The translations under genes and the position numbers were made by a program. Shown in pieces: positions 1 through 9,435 of a stretch of DNA of 64,000 nt. Position 1 is the first letter of the stretch; each line of letters begins with the position of its first letter. Below the pieces are notes generated by a model that was given only the letters and a program-made list of their open reading frames with translations, searched no databases and was not told the origin of the DNA. The stretch comes from a virus. Taxonomy: Duplodnaviria > Caudoviricetes. The stretch is from positions 32,001-96,000 of IMG/VR virus record IMGVR_UViG_3300032295_004079, one strand, 5' to 3'.

Positions 1-2
1 AG

Positions 3-923
3 CCATTTGAATACCAACAAGCATTTGAGTTCTATAAGAACCAACATAGAGCACACTGGCTTGCAGATGAGGTGCCATTAGCTTCAGATTTGAACGACTG
101 GAGATTGAATTTGAATGAAAGTGAAAAAAACCTAATTGGAAACATTTTAAAAAGTTTTGCTCAAACAGAAGTACACGTAAATGATTATTGGTCTGGTAAA
201 ATTTCACAATGGTTTCCAAAACCTGAAATTGTTGCTATGGCAGGTTCATTTGGTGCATTTGAAGCAATTCACGCTGAAGCATATGCTAGATTGAACGATG
301 AATTAGGTTTGGATGATTTTCAGGCATTTATGGAAGATGAAGCATCTCGTAACAAAATTGAAAGATTGCTTGAAACCCCTTCCGATACACTAGAGGAAAA
401 AGCATTGGCTCTAGCTATTTTTTCTGCTTTTACTGAAGGTGTAAACTTGTTTTCCTCTTTTGCTATCTTAATGTCTTTCCAACTACGTAATTTGCTTAAA
501 GGAACAGGTCAAATCGTTGAGTGGTCCGTGCGAGATGAATCGCTACACTCACAAGCAGGCTGTTGGCTATTCCGTACATTGATGCAGGAAAATCCCGAGC
601 TAGATACCGTAGAAATGCGAAATAACGTAATTGAGGCATGTAACTTATCTGTTAAACTTGAATTTGATTTTATCGACAAAGCATTTGAAATGGGTGAAAT
701 TGAAGGTTTAAATAAAGAGCAACTCAAGAACTTTATTAAAGCAAGAGCAAACGATAAGATGAAAGAACTTGGATACAACCCAGTTTATAATGATATTGAC
801 CCCGCACTATTAAAACAAATGGAATGGTTTGGTCACTTAACATCTGGAAAAACACACCAAGATTTCTTTGCAAATCGAGTTACAGACTATTCAAAGTCAA
901 CAGGAGATTGGTCCGATCTATAA
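3..923 (+). CDS. nrdB: Ribonucleotide reductase class I beta subunit (5'-truncated by window edge)
   Basis: The frame is open from base 3 (PFEYQQAFEFYKNQHRAHWLADEVPL). Di-metal ligand motifs EAIHAEAY, TEGVNLFSSF and RDESLHS; C-terminal DFFANRVTDYSK. Confidence 0.95.
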   Translation, partial: PFEYQQAFEFYKNQHRAHWLADEVPLASDLNDWRLNLNESEKNLIGNILKSFAQTEVHVNDYWSGKISQWFPKPEIVAMAGSFGAFEAIHAEAYARLNDELGLDDFQAFMEDEASRNKIERLLETPSDTLEEKALALAIFSAFTEGVNLFSSFAILMSFQLRNLLKGTGQIVEWSVRDESLHSQAGCWLFRTLMQENPELDTVEMRNNVIEACNLSVKLEFDFIDKAFEMGEIEGLNKEQLKNFIKARANDKMKELGYNPVYNDIDPALLKQMEWFGHLTSGKTHQDFFANRVTDYSKSTGDWSDL

Positions 924-944
924 TTTATTAATTAACACTAAAAT

Positions 945-2669
945 ATGAGCACACAAGTAGATACCAGCAAATGGGTAAAGGGTAAAAATTTTCCAAATTG
1001 GATGGACGATATTGCAGTTAGCATTATCTCTAAAGGATACCTTATACCAGGTGAAGACGTTTATAAGGCTTTTACTCGAGTAAGTAAAGCAGCCGCAAGA
1101 CGACTTCGTAAACGAGAACTCCAACCTCTATTCTATGAGGCAATTGAAAAAAACTGGCTATGTTTAGCATCTCCAGTATTATCTAACTTAGGTACTGAAC
1201 GCGGAATGCCTATTTCTTGTTTCGGTATTGATGTAGAAGATTCTATTGAGGGAATCGCAGGGTCAAATTCCGAACTAATGAGATTATCTTCTCAAGGTGG
1301 GGGAGTTGGTATTGGAGTATCTCGTATTAGAGGTAGAGGTAAAGCCATTAAGGATAATGGTGTATCTGAAGGTGTAGTTCCTTGGGCTAAGATTTTTGAT
1401 TCAACTATTTTAGCAACCAACCAAGGTTCAGTAAGAAGAGGTGCTGCTTCTGTAAACCTATCAATTCACCACCCAGATATTGAAGAGTTTTTGGGTATTA
1501 GGCGTCCAAAAGGTGATGTTAACAGACAATGTTTGAATCTACATCAATGCGTTGTAATTGATGATAAGTTTATGAACGATGTTGAAAACAAAGAACCTAA
1601 AGCATTAAAATTGTGGGGCGAAATTCTAAAAACTCGACTTGAAACTGGTGAACCCTACATTATGTACGAAGATAATGTAAATAATGCTAATCCTGAGGCG
1701 TACAAGCAAAACAATTTAAAGGTTTCAATGACCAACATTTGTAGCGAAATTTCCTTGTACACAGATGAATTGCATTCCTTCATTTGCTGTCTATCTTCTT
1801 TAAACGTGGCACGTTGGGATGAATGGAAAGACTACAGGTTTGAAAATGGTATGTCGTTGCCTGAGCTTACCACTTGGTTCTTGGATGGTGTATTGCAAGA
1901 GTTTATTGACCGCGCTAAGGGTATGAAATTCATGGAAAATACCGTTAGATCTGCTATTAAAGGCCGAGCAATTGGTATTGGGGTGCTAGGATGGCATACA
2001 TTATTACAAACTAAAGAATTACCGTTTATTAGCGTTGCTTCTTCTGCTTTACGTAAACAAATCTCTAAGTTTATTTACGAGGAAGCAATTAAAGCTTCCA
2101 AAGCACAAGCAATTGAATTGGGTGAACCTGAATGGTGTAAAGGAACTGGCTTAAGACATTCCCACCACATTGCAATTGCTCCAACTGTAAGTAATGCTCA
2201 CATTTCAGGTGGTGTATCTCCTTCAGTAGAACCGATTCCAGCAAATGTTTACAACCTTAAAACCGCTAAAGGAGTGTTTATCAAGAAAAACCGAATTCTT
2301 GAAGAACTACTAGAGACTAAAGGCTACAACATTGATAGTGTTTGGGATCAAATCCTAAAAGATCAAGGATCTGTACTAGGATTGCCTGATTATATCTTGA
2401 CACAAGAGGAAAAAGAAGTATTCTTAACATTTAAAGAAATCAACCAGTTAGGTATTATCCAACAAACTGCTGTTTCTTATCCTTACGTTGACCAAGCTAT
2501 TTCTCTTAATTTAAATTTTGATCCAAATGACTCACCAAAGTGGATTTCTCAGGTGCACAAAGAAGCCCATAGATTAGGTATCAAGACTTTATATTACATG
2601 AGAACAGAATCAGTTTTACGAGGTGATACACTCTCCAGAATGGATGACTGTATTGCATGTCACGCTTAA
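945..2669 (+). CDS. nrdA: Ribonucleotide reductase class I alpha subunit, compact form without an ATP cone
   Basis: PISCF, GGGVG, TNICSEI (thiyl Cys), APTVSN, KTLYY and C-terminal CxxC (CIACHA). Confidence 0.95.
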   Translation: MSTQVDTSKWVKGKNFPNWMDDIAVSIISKGYLIPGEDVYKAFTRVSKAAARRLRKRELQPLFYEAIEKNWLCLASPVLSNLGTERGMPISCFGIDVEDSIEGIAGSNSELMRLSSQGGGVGIGVSRIRGRGKAIKDNGVSEGVVPWAKIFDSTILATNQGSVRRGAASVNLSIHHPDIEEFLGIRRPKGDVNRQCLNLHQCVVIDDKFMNDVENKEPKALKLWGEILKTRLETGEPYIMYEDNVNNANPEAYKQNNLKVSMTNICSEISLYTDELHSFICCLSSLNVARWDEWKDYRFENGMSLPELTTWFLDGVLQEFIDRAKGMKFMENTVRSAIKGRAIGIGVLGWHTLLQTKELPFISVASSALRKQISKFIYEEAIKASKAQAIELGEPEWCKGTGLRHSHHIAIAPTVSNAHISGGVSPSVEPIPANVYNLKTAKGVFIKKNRILEELLETKGYNIDSVWDQILKDQGSVLGLPDYILTQEEKEVFLTFKEINQLGIIQQTAVSYPYVDQAISLNLNFDPNDSPKWISQVHKEAHRLGIKTLYYMRTESVLRGDTLSRMDDCIACHA

Positions 2670-2695
2670 TTATATTTTTTATATTACATTTTTTT

Positions 2696-2722
2696 GAGGG
2701 GCGCAAAGCGCCCCTCTTTTTT
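2696..2722 (+). terminator. Intrinsic terminator after nrdA
   Basis: GAGGGGCGC-AAA-GCGCCCCTC followed by TTTTTT. Confidence 0.85.
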
Positions 2723-2794
2723 ATATTTATAAACAAATCCCACGTTTTTCCTATTGTTATATAATGGTTGTTTTAACTTTAAACCCAAGTTAGA

Positions 2795-3268
2795 ATGAGA
2801 TTATTATATTTGTTTTTTGCTTTGTTATTAAGCATGAACCTCTATGGCCAAGAAGCTGTACGAATCGAAAATGTAACTAATAATATTGTACTAGGCCCAT
2901 TTGCTAACAATAGAGATTTGGCTTTTGGTGTTAAAAATCTTTTAGAAGAAGTAATACAAGATAAAGGATTTGATTTAGATAACACCTCTACTAAAAGCAT
3001 TAAAGTAGAACTACTTTATTTTGATGTATTAAAAAATAATGTACAATTGGGTGCATTTGGTAAAAACACAAGTGTTACCACAATTATAGCTAAAGCCTAT
3101 TTAATCGAAAATGGTAAAGTAATTAAAACAACTGAGGCAAAAGGTCAAGCTAAAGACATCTCCACTGCAACTTTAATTATAGATCAGGGAGGTAAGTTTT
3201 CACAAGCAGGGGTTTCAACAGCGCTTAAAAAGGTTTGTGAACAACTTATTGATAACTTACTTCTATGA
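2795..3268 (+). CDS. Exported protein, short CsgG-like fold
   Basis: Signal peptide LYG|Q. The C-terminal half aligns by eye with the CsgG-like protein at 9429 (GxA...TL..DQ....FxQ...TxxKK). Confidence 0.5.
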   Translation: MRLLYLFFALLLSMNLYGQEAVRIENVTNNIVLGPFANNRDLAFGVKNLLEEVIQDKGFDLDNTSTKSIKVELLYFDVLKNNVQLGAFGKNTSVTTIIAKAYLIENGKVIKTTEAKGQAKDISTATLIIDQGGKFSQAGVSTALKKVCEQLIDNLLL

Positions 3269-4887
3269 AAAAACTATTAATTCTTTTACTGCTATTACCA
3301 ACACTTTCTTTTGGTCAAATTACTATTAACCAACAGATTGTTGAAGCTCCTCCTTATAAAGTAGGAGATGTAATTACTATAAGATATAATGTTAATACAG
3401 GAACCCAATCCCCAAGATATTTGTGGGTACGATACCAATACAACAATAAAATTCTAACTCCTGTAGCTAACAGTACTATCTACTCACAAGGAACTTCAGT
3501 ACAAACCTTTAGCACTGAATGGGCTAACTTTAGATTTACTCCAAATCCAACAAAACCTTCTACATCTTTATACGAACAATATCAGTTAACACCTTGGAAT
3601 TATGCCTCAAATTCAGATTGGAATTCAGGACAATTAACCATTCAAAGAACTGATGCTAAAATTGATGGGGATTTTGTTACACAAAAATTTACTATAAAGG
3701 ATAATATAGTATACGATAACATACATCAAATATCCCTAGCTTATGCTATTGGGTCTAACTCCCAATTTATTTCCCCTGTAACAACTTCTGGCACTTCCAT
3801 ATCTTTAGGTACAGTAACAGGTGGATCTTCTTCATTTAAAGTAAAAGTAGCATTCCCTTCTAATTATGCTAGTATTGTTCACCACAATGTTCAAATAATG
3901 AAATTGAAAGTAGATGGAACAATTGATTTCTCACAACAACCTATTGCACAATTACCATTAGATGCAGCAGGAGAGGCAATATTTACCCAATTAAAAATAG
4001 GGGATGAAGTAGGTGTATTTGTTTCTCCTACTTTGCAAAAACCATTTATGAGTGATATCATAACTGTTTCAGATGCCTATAAAGCATTTTTAGGTCATTC
4101 ACAAACTGATATTAATGGTAATAATACATTTTTTACGTATCCTAATTTGGAAAAAAGAGTAGGTAATGTATCTAAAAATGATGAAATATTCAATGAAACT
4201 GATTCTTATTATATATTTGCTTATGTAATGGGAATTGATGTATCCTCCCTTGCTTCTATTCCAACCCCAACTGCAACTTCGGTAGGATGGAATAGTGGAT
4301 TATTAAATCAAAAATGGTTAGATGGAACCCCTACACATAAAGTAGTAATAACATCCAACAATCAAGTTGCAAATGCTGTATTTGCATGGGGTGGTGACTT
4401 GAACTGGTCTCATTCAACTGATCCCGCTGTAGTAGCACAAAATGTGCAAAACAATACTAACGTAACTAACAGAACTACAGCTCCTATTCAAATTGTAGGG
4501 TCATACCAACCTAAACAATACGAACAAGTTAATCTAAATGTTAGCTCTAAAATAGAAGCTGGTAAAGTAATATTATCAACTAATCTCCAAAAAGATGGAT
4601 TAGCAGGTCTAGAATTAATCATGAAGTATGACGATACTCGACTCCAATTAGATAGAGTAGAATTTGATACGGGCAATACAATGACCAACTTCTGGACTAA
4701 TGATAATGGAAGATTAACATTTGGTTCAATAGATCAACTTAAAACTGCTAGAATTAAAAAAGGCACTCCATACAGATTAATATTCACACCTAAAGTTCAA
4801 TTAACAAATACTGCAGGACTATTCTATTTTGTGTTAACAGATGCCGTAGATGCCGCGGGTAACAAAATAAACTTAATAGTTGAATAA
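3265..4887 (+). CDS. Exported protein with cohesin-like domains and a dockerin-like segment
   Basis: Signal peptide SFG|Q. Cohesin-like GLELIMKYDDTRLQLDRVEF; the segment ITVSDAYKAF...FNETDSY is shared with the next gene. Confidence 0.6.
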   Translation: MKKLLILLLLLPTLSFGQITINQQIVEAPPYKVGDVITIRYNVNTGTQSPRYLWVRYQYNNKILTPVANSTIYSQGTSVQTFSTEWANFRFTPNPTKPSTSLYEQYQLTPWNYASNSDWNSGQLTIQRTDAKIDGDFVTQKFTIKDNIVYDNIHQISLAYAIGSNSQFISPVTTSGTSISLGTVTGGSSSFKVKVAFPSNYASIVHHNVQIMKLKVDGTIDFSQQPIAQLPLDAAGEAIFTQLKIGDEVGVFVSPTLQKPFMSDIITVSDAYKAFLGHSQTDINGNNTFFTYPNLEKRVGNVSKNDEIFNETDSYYIFAYVMGIDVSSLASIPTPTATSVGWNSGLLNQKWLDGTPTHKVVITSNNQVANAVFAWGGDLNWSHSTDPAVVAQNVQNNTNVTNRTTAPIQIVGSYQPKQYEQVNLNVSSKIEAGKVILSTNLQKDGLAGLELIMKYDDTRLQLDRVEFDTGNTMTNFWTNDNGRLTFGSIDQLKTARIKKGTPYRLIFTPKVQLTNTAGLFYFVLTDAVDAAGNKINLIVE

Positions 4888-7133
4888 TGAAATTTCTACT
4901 AGTTATATCATTTTTACTAATATCAACTTTAGGGTTCGGACAGAGTGTATCTGCTCCGGACTCTAAATCTTTTTTACAATCAACAAATGGGCAAGATGGT
5001 AGTGGATTTGTATTAAATGGGTTTAGTTCAACAGCAACTGTATTAGCATCAATCAGTTTAGTTAATCCACCAACAGGTACTACATTTAATTTAACCACAA
5101 CAACAGGTCTAACCGCAGCTAGTGGATTCACTTTAGCAGGTAATAAAACTCGTTTAGTAGTAACAGGAACTATGGCCAATATTAACAATGCTTTAGCTTC
5201 CTTAAAAGTAAATACAGGCTCAATAAAAGGTAATATTCAAATATCAGTTGCTGCTACAATAAATCCAACTGGATTTTTTTATAATGGAACAAACGGACAC
5301 TTTTATAGACCAATATCACAAGGGACAACTTATACAAATGCTAGAGCTGCAGCTTTAAACACAACATTTAAAGGTCAACAAGGATATTTAGTAACAATTA
5401 CTTCAGCGGATGAAGATGCATTTATTTTTAATAATGTACCACAAGGTAATATTTGGTTTGCATTAACCGATGAAGCAAGTGAAGCAAGATGGACAATTGA
5501 TGCAGGACCTGAAGCAGGAACTTTAATTAAAATCAATAATGGTCAATTAAATGGAAACATTCCTGGTCAATACAATAACTGGGCACCGGGTGAACCAAAC
5601 AATAGTGGTAACGAAGACTATGCGGTAACAAAATGGGGTGGGGGTTCACAGTGGAACGATTTGCCAAATGGGTTTAATTGTGCTTACGTAATTGAATACG
5701 GAACTTGGACAAATCCAGATGATGCTATATTTACAGAGTTTTACACTAATAGTGTAACACATTCAAACGGAGAAATATTAAGAGCCCAATTTAATTTTAA
5801 TTTTGGTGGTAATGTAGATGAAACTAGATTCACAACAAAATTGCTAGCACAATCCAATAACCAATATCTTCCAACTACAAATACTAACCGAACATTAAAT
5901 GGGTTAGGCAAAGTAGAAATGACAAGTGATTTAGATACTGCTAAAATATCAAACGGTAAAAAAGGAACTATTGTTGCAGGAGGAGTAGAATGGTCCTATG
6001 TGAATATTTCAAATGGGGTAACAACACTTTATATTGATTTAAGAAAATTTGATCAAAATACACAACCAACTGATGTTAAAAAAGTTTCCATTTTAGATGC
6101 ATACGATGGAGATGTAATATATCAACAAACCTCTTTGTATTGGGCACATTATATAGTTCCATCAACTCTCACAAAAATTACTGATGGGAGTTCGTCATTT
6201 GTAGGGAGCATAAGAAATTCTGGATATGATAACTGGGCATTTGCTTGTGAAATATCATTTAATAACATTAATGTATATAAACCCCATCAAGTTGAACTAA
6301 ATACAACAAACCTATCTTCACTCTATAATAATGTAATAACAGTATCAGATGTATTTTTAGCATTTAAGGAGGTATCAAATGGTGGAATATTTGGAAATGA
6401 AAGTGGACTAGAATTTACAAATGGCATTCAATTTATGAACGCGGATGTAGATGGCAATGGAATGTTCAATGAAATTGATACATACAAACTTTTACAACAT
6501 TTAACGGGTGTAGAAACTATTAATAATGGTTCAACCAATTTATCTGATTATGTAAAGATGTATTTAAAATCTGAATATGATGCTATTACAAAATTAAATT
6601 GGAATACTCAAAATAATAACACAAGAAATTTACTACCCTTTACTTTAAGCAATACTACCCTTAATAACATTTACAATATAAATGTAACTTGGAAAGGAGA
6701 TGTAAACCTCTCCCATTCAGCTCAACAAACTCAATCTGCTAACAGAACTAATTCAGTTTTAAACGAAATTAATGCTTCGTTAATGGGAGAAATAATTGAG
6801 GGTAAAGTAGTTGTAACATTATCGTTAGACCCACTACAACAAGAAGTTGTAGGTACACAATTTCAAGTAAATTATGACAATACTAGGTTAAAGTTTGAAA
6901 AAGTAGAATTTATCACTAAAGGTAATCCAACTAATTTTGCAACCAACAGAGGTTCGTTTATAACATTAGGTTCATTAATAACAGATGGGTCAACCATATT
7001 AGATAAAACCACTGAATATAAAATTATATTTAACTTCGTAAATACTACAACAGATATATTAGGGTTAACTTCTATATCCTTAACAGATGCAGTTAATAAA
7101 GAGGGTAAACAGTTAAAGATAAAAATAAACTAA
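4887..7133 (+). CDS. Exported protein: C-type lectin, dockerin-like EF-hand and C-terminal cohesin-like domain
   Basis: Signal peptide GFG|Q. C-type lectin motifs GYLVTITSADE, YNNWAPGEPNN, WND, YVIEY. Ca-loop ADVDGNGMFNEIDTY. Cohesin-like VGTQFQVNYDNTRLKFEKVEF. Confidence 0.7.
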   Translation: MKFLLVISFLLISTLGFGQSVSAPDSKSFLQSTNGQDGSGFVLNGFSSTATVLASISLVNPPTGTTFNLTTTTGLTAASGFTLAGNKTRLVVTGTMANINNALASLKVNTGSIKGNIQISVAATINPTGFFYNGTNGHFYRPISQGTTYTNARAAALNTTFKGQQGYLVTITSADEDAFIFNNVPQGNIWFALTDEASEARWTIDAGPEAGTLIKINNGQLNGNIPGQYNNWAPGEPNNSGNEDYAVTKWGGGSQWNDLPNGFNCAYVIEYGTWTNPDDAIFTEFYTNSVTHSNGEILRAQFNFNFGGNVDETRFTTKLLAQSNNQYLPTTNTNRTLNGLGKVEMTSDLDTAKISNGKKGTIVAGGVEWSYVNISNGVTTLYIDLRKFDQNTQPTDVKKVSILDAYDGDVIYQQTSLYWAHYIVPSTLTKITDGSSSFVGSIRNSGYDNWAFACEISFNNINVYKPHQVELNTTNLSSLYNNVITVSDVFLAFKEVSNGGIFGNESGLEFTNGIQFMNADVDGNGMFNEIDTYKLLQHLTGVETINNGSTNLSDYVKMYLKSEYDAITKLNWNTQNNNTRNLLPFTLSNTTLNNIYNINVTWKGDVNLSHSAQQTQSANRTNSVLNEINASLMGEIIEGKVVVTLSLDPLQQEVVGTQFQVNYDNTRLKFEKVEFITKGNPTNFATNRGSFITLGSLITDGSTILDKTTEYKIIFNFVNTTTDILGLTSISLTDAVNKEGKQLKIKIN

Positions 7134-7474
7134 TGAAAAAGTTAATAATACTGTGTTTTTTAATTTTTACCTCTTGTGTTGAAGAGATAATAGAACCCCC
7201 ACCACCTCCCATTACGAATATATTTGACGTTAAAGAAAGTAAAGTAACTGATGGGCAAACTATAAATTTTGTACTCCCCTCAGCTGGAGTTTACACTTTA
7301 ACATTGATAGATAAAGAAACTAACCAAGTTGTAAGTAGAGAAAAATTTAATGGCACAGTTGGCAAAAATAATAAAAAAATCTATACTAGTTCGATACAAT
7401 CTCAATATTTATACGTGTTATTAGAAAATGTTGCTAAAACTGAAATCGGTAAAACAACTATAATAACAAAATAA
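7133..7474 (+). CDS. Lipoprotein with T9SS type-A CTD-like Ig domain
   Basis: Lipobox FTSC, poly-Pro linker, then INFVLPSAGVYTLTLID...GKNNKKIYTSSIQSQYLYVLL. Paralog of the next gene. Confidence 0.5.
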   Translation: MKKLIILCFLIFTSCVEEIIEPPPPPITNIFDVKESKVTDGQTINFVLPSAGVYTLTLIDKETNQVVSREKFNGTVGKNNKKIYTSSIQSQYLYVLLENVAKTEIGKTTIITK

Positions 7475-7482
7475 GGCAACCT

Positions 7483-7860
7483 ATGAAAAATTTCTTAATA
7501 ATTTTAGCGGCATCTTTTATGCTAACTTCATGCTATGATGAAGTTGTAAATCCTGAAGTTCCTGTAACCGAAGTTAAGGATGTACTGAAAATAAATGGCC
7601 TATATGGCATAAAATTAGAAAATACATTTGTAACTGATGAGGTCTCTATAAATGTAAAACTCGATACCCCCGATAAGGTTTTAATTAGAATTTTTGATAT
7701 TAACAATAGAGTAATTTCAAAAGAGGAAATTAGCGTAAAAGCAGGTAACAACATTTTAAAAGTATACACTGCTGCTTTACCTTCTTCCGCTTATCAAATT
7801 GCTTTATATAAGTCAAATGGAGTTATGTTAGGTATAACAGATTTTAATAAAATAAACTAA
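7483..7860 (+). CDS. Lipoprotein with T9SS type-A CTD-like Ig domain
   Basis: Lipobox LTSC. VLIRIFDINNRVI...AGNNILKVYTAALPSSAYQIAL resembles the Por secretion tail pattern. Confidence 0.55.
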   Translation: MKNFLIILAASFMLTSCYDEVVNPEVPVTEVKDVLKINGLYGIKLENTFVTDEVSINVKLDTPDKVLIRIFDINNRVISKEEISVKAGNNILKVYTAALPSSAYQIALYKSNGVMLGITDFNKIN

Positions 7861-7866
7861 ACAGCT

Positions 7867-8202
7867 ATGAGCGAAGAACAAGAACAAGGTGGTGGATTCT
7901 TTTCCAACCTAAAAAATCAAATTATTACTGGAGCAGGAGCAATCCTTGCTACAATTGGAACTGTCTTTATAGACGAAATCAAATCTATAGTTGGTATTGA
8001 AGATGAGACTGAGCAAGTACAAGGTACCCAACAAAACAACCAACAACAGCAAAATGTTGTAATTAACATTCCAGAACAAAAAGCTGCAGAAACCAAAACT
8101 GTGGTTATTAAGGAACAAGCAGCTGCAGCCCCTGTGGAGAAAAAAGCTCCACCTAAAAAGACTGAAACAGAAAAACGTAAAGAAGAGGGGCTAGATTGGT
8201 AA
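7867..8202 (+). CDS. Hypothetical membrane-anchored protein with Gln-rich linker
   Basis: One hydrophobic helix, QQNNQQQQN tract, coupled to neighbouring genes. Confidence 0.6.
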   Translation: MSEEQEQGGGFFSNLKNQIITGAGAILATIGTVFIDEIKSIVGIEDETEQVQGTQQNNQQQQNVVINIPEQKAAETKTVVIKEQAAAAPVEKKAPPKKTETEKRKEEGLDW

Positions 8203-8522
8203 TGGAAAATAATACACAACAAACAGGGTTTAAGCAACTGCTAAACTCTATGATGCAAAGAAGATGGTTAATGACCTTAATTGTCTTGATTACTTTTATG
8301 TTTACAACATTCGGTATTATGATTTCTATTCACATGGACACTACAGTAGGACAGGAATGGAAAGAGTTACTACTATTGTTATTGGGTGCATTTATCGGTT
8401 CTTATGGTAAAATCATTGACTACTGGTTCTCTGATACAGATAAAGATAAAATGTTAGTCCAGAAAATGGACGAAGAAGATGGAGTTTCTTTATCAAACAC
8501 AAGTTCAACAGAAGAAAAATGA
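8202..8522 (+). CDS. Two-TM membrane protein (holin-like topology)
   Basis: Two hydrophobic helices and an acidic tail. The ATG overlaps the upstream stop (TAATG). Confidence 0.6.
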   Translation: MENNTQQTGFKQLLNSMMQRRWLMTLIVLITFMFTTFGIMISIHMDTTVGQEWKELLLLLLGAFIGSYGKIIDYWFSDTDKDKMLVQKMDEEDGVSLSNTSSTEEK

Positions 8523-8617
8523 CAAACCGCGAAACAAAAGACAAAAACAGAAAAGCAATGGCTAAAGCCACTATTAAGGCTCAACAAAAATCTGGACTGT
8601 ATAAAAAGAAAATGTAA
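8519..8617 (+). CDS. Small basic peptide (32 aa)
   Basis: MTNRETKDKNRKAMAKATIKAQQKSGLYKKKM fills the gap exactly, with ATGA and TAATG overlaps. Confidence 0.45.
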   Translation: MTNRETKDKNRKAMAKATIKAQQKSGLYKKKM

Positions 8618-9228
8618 TGAGACTTACACTACTTTTTTTCATTTTAGCAATACAATCTCTCTTGGCACAAACCAAGAGGGATTCTGTTTTAGTAGAGACA
8701 CCTGTTTTTACAGTAATGTATTCTGAAACTTTAGAGCAACCTCTTTGGATCAAATACAGATCTACAAACCGTCCTACAAATGTAAATAGAGGTCACATGA
8801 ATTTCTATAAAGAAAAGAATATCCTTACCTCTGATGATGCCGACTATAAGGCAAATGTATATGATAAAGGACATGGAGCACCAGCTGCAACATTTTCCGA
8901 TAATGAGGTAAATTTAAAGCAAACATTTTCGTACTTAAACTCTATAATGCAAGATCAATATCTCAACAGAGGTAGTTGGAGATTGTTAGAGGAACAAGAA
9001 CGAAAGTGGGACGATGAAGAACCATTGACTGTAATAATCAAAACTTATTTTGATAAACCTGCAAAAAGAGTAGCAACAGGAGCAGCAATTCCCTCTTATA
9101 TAGAAAAACATATTCATTTTGAAAAATCCAAGCAATGGAGATGTTACGTATTTTTAAATCAAAAACCTGAATACGAATTTGAACGAGCAGGTATGTTATG
9201 TAAACCAGAAAAACATAAACTCAAATAA
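8617..9228 (+). CDS. Exported DNA/RNA non-specific endonuclease (NucA/EndA-like beta-beta-alpha-Me)
   Basis: Signal peptide LLA|Q. YDKGHGAPAA (DRGH-type motif), TFSYLN...Q...LNRGSWRLLE, AIPS. Confidence 0.85.
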   Translation: MRLTLLFFILAIQSLLAQTKRDSVLVETPVFTVMYSETLEQPLWIKYRSTNRPTNVNRGHMNFYKEKNILTSDDADYKANVYDKGHGAPAATFSDNEVNLKQTFSYLNSIMQDQYLNRGSWRLLEEQERKWDDEEPLTVIIKTYFDKPAKRVATGAAIPSYIEKHIHFEKSKQWRCYVFLNQKPEYEFERAGMLCKPEKHKLK

Positions 9229-9231
9229 TCT

Positions 9232-9435
9232 ATGAAAAATTTATTCAGTTTCTTAACATTAATCACTGTTATATTCATTTCTCCTGCAATCGGTGTATAT
9301 TTTGCTCTTAACAGTGCCCACCCCGAAATTATATTTCTATCCTTTTTTACATTAAGTATAGTTTTATGGTTTAGCTTACGTAAAGTTTTTGGTTGGAAAA
9401 TTGATGAACAAACAAGAAAAACTCACTCATGGTAA
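9232..9435 (+). CDS. Small two-TM membrane protein
   Basis: Two hydrophobic helices in 67 aa. Confidence 0.55.
   Translation: MKNLFSFLTLITVIFISPAIGVYFALNSAHPEIIFLSFFTLSIVLWFSLRKVFGWKIDEQTRKTHSW

Noticed and set aside
3-923. Manganese class Id RNR assignment
   Set aside because: The Lys I would expect shortly after the first metal-ligand Glu is not present (TEVHVND); the subclass cannot be determined by eye.
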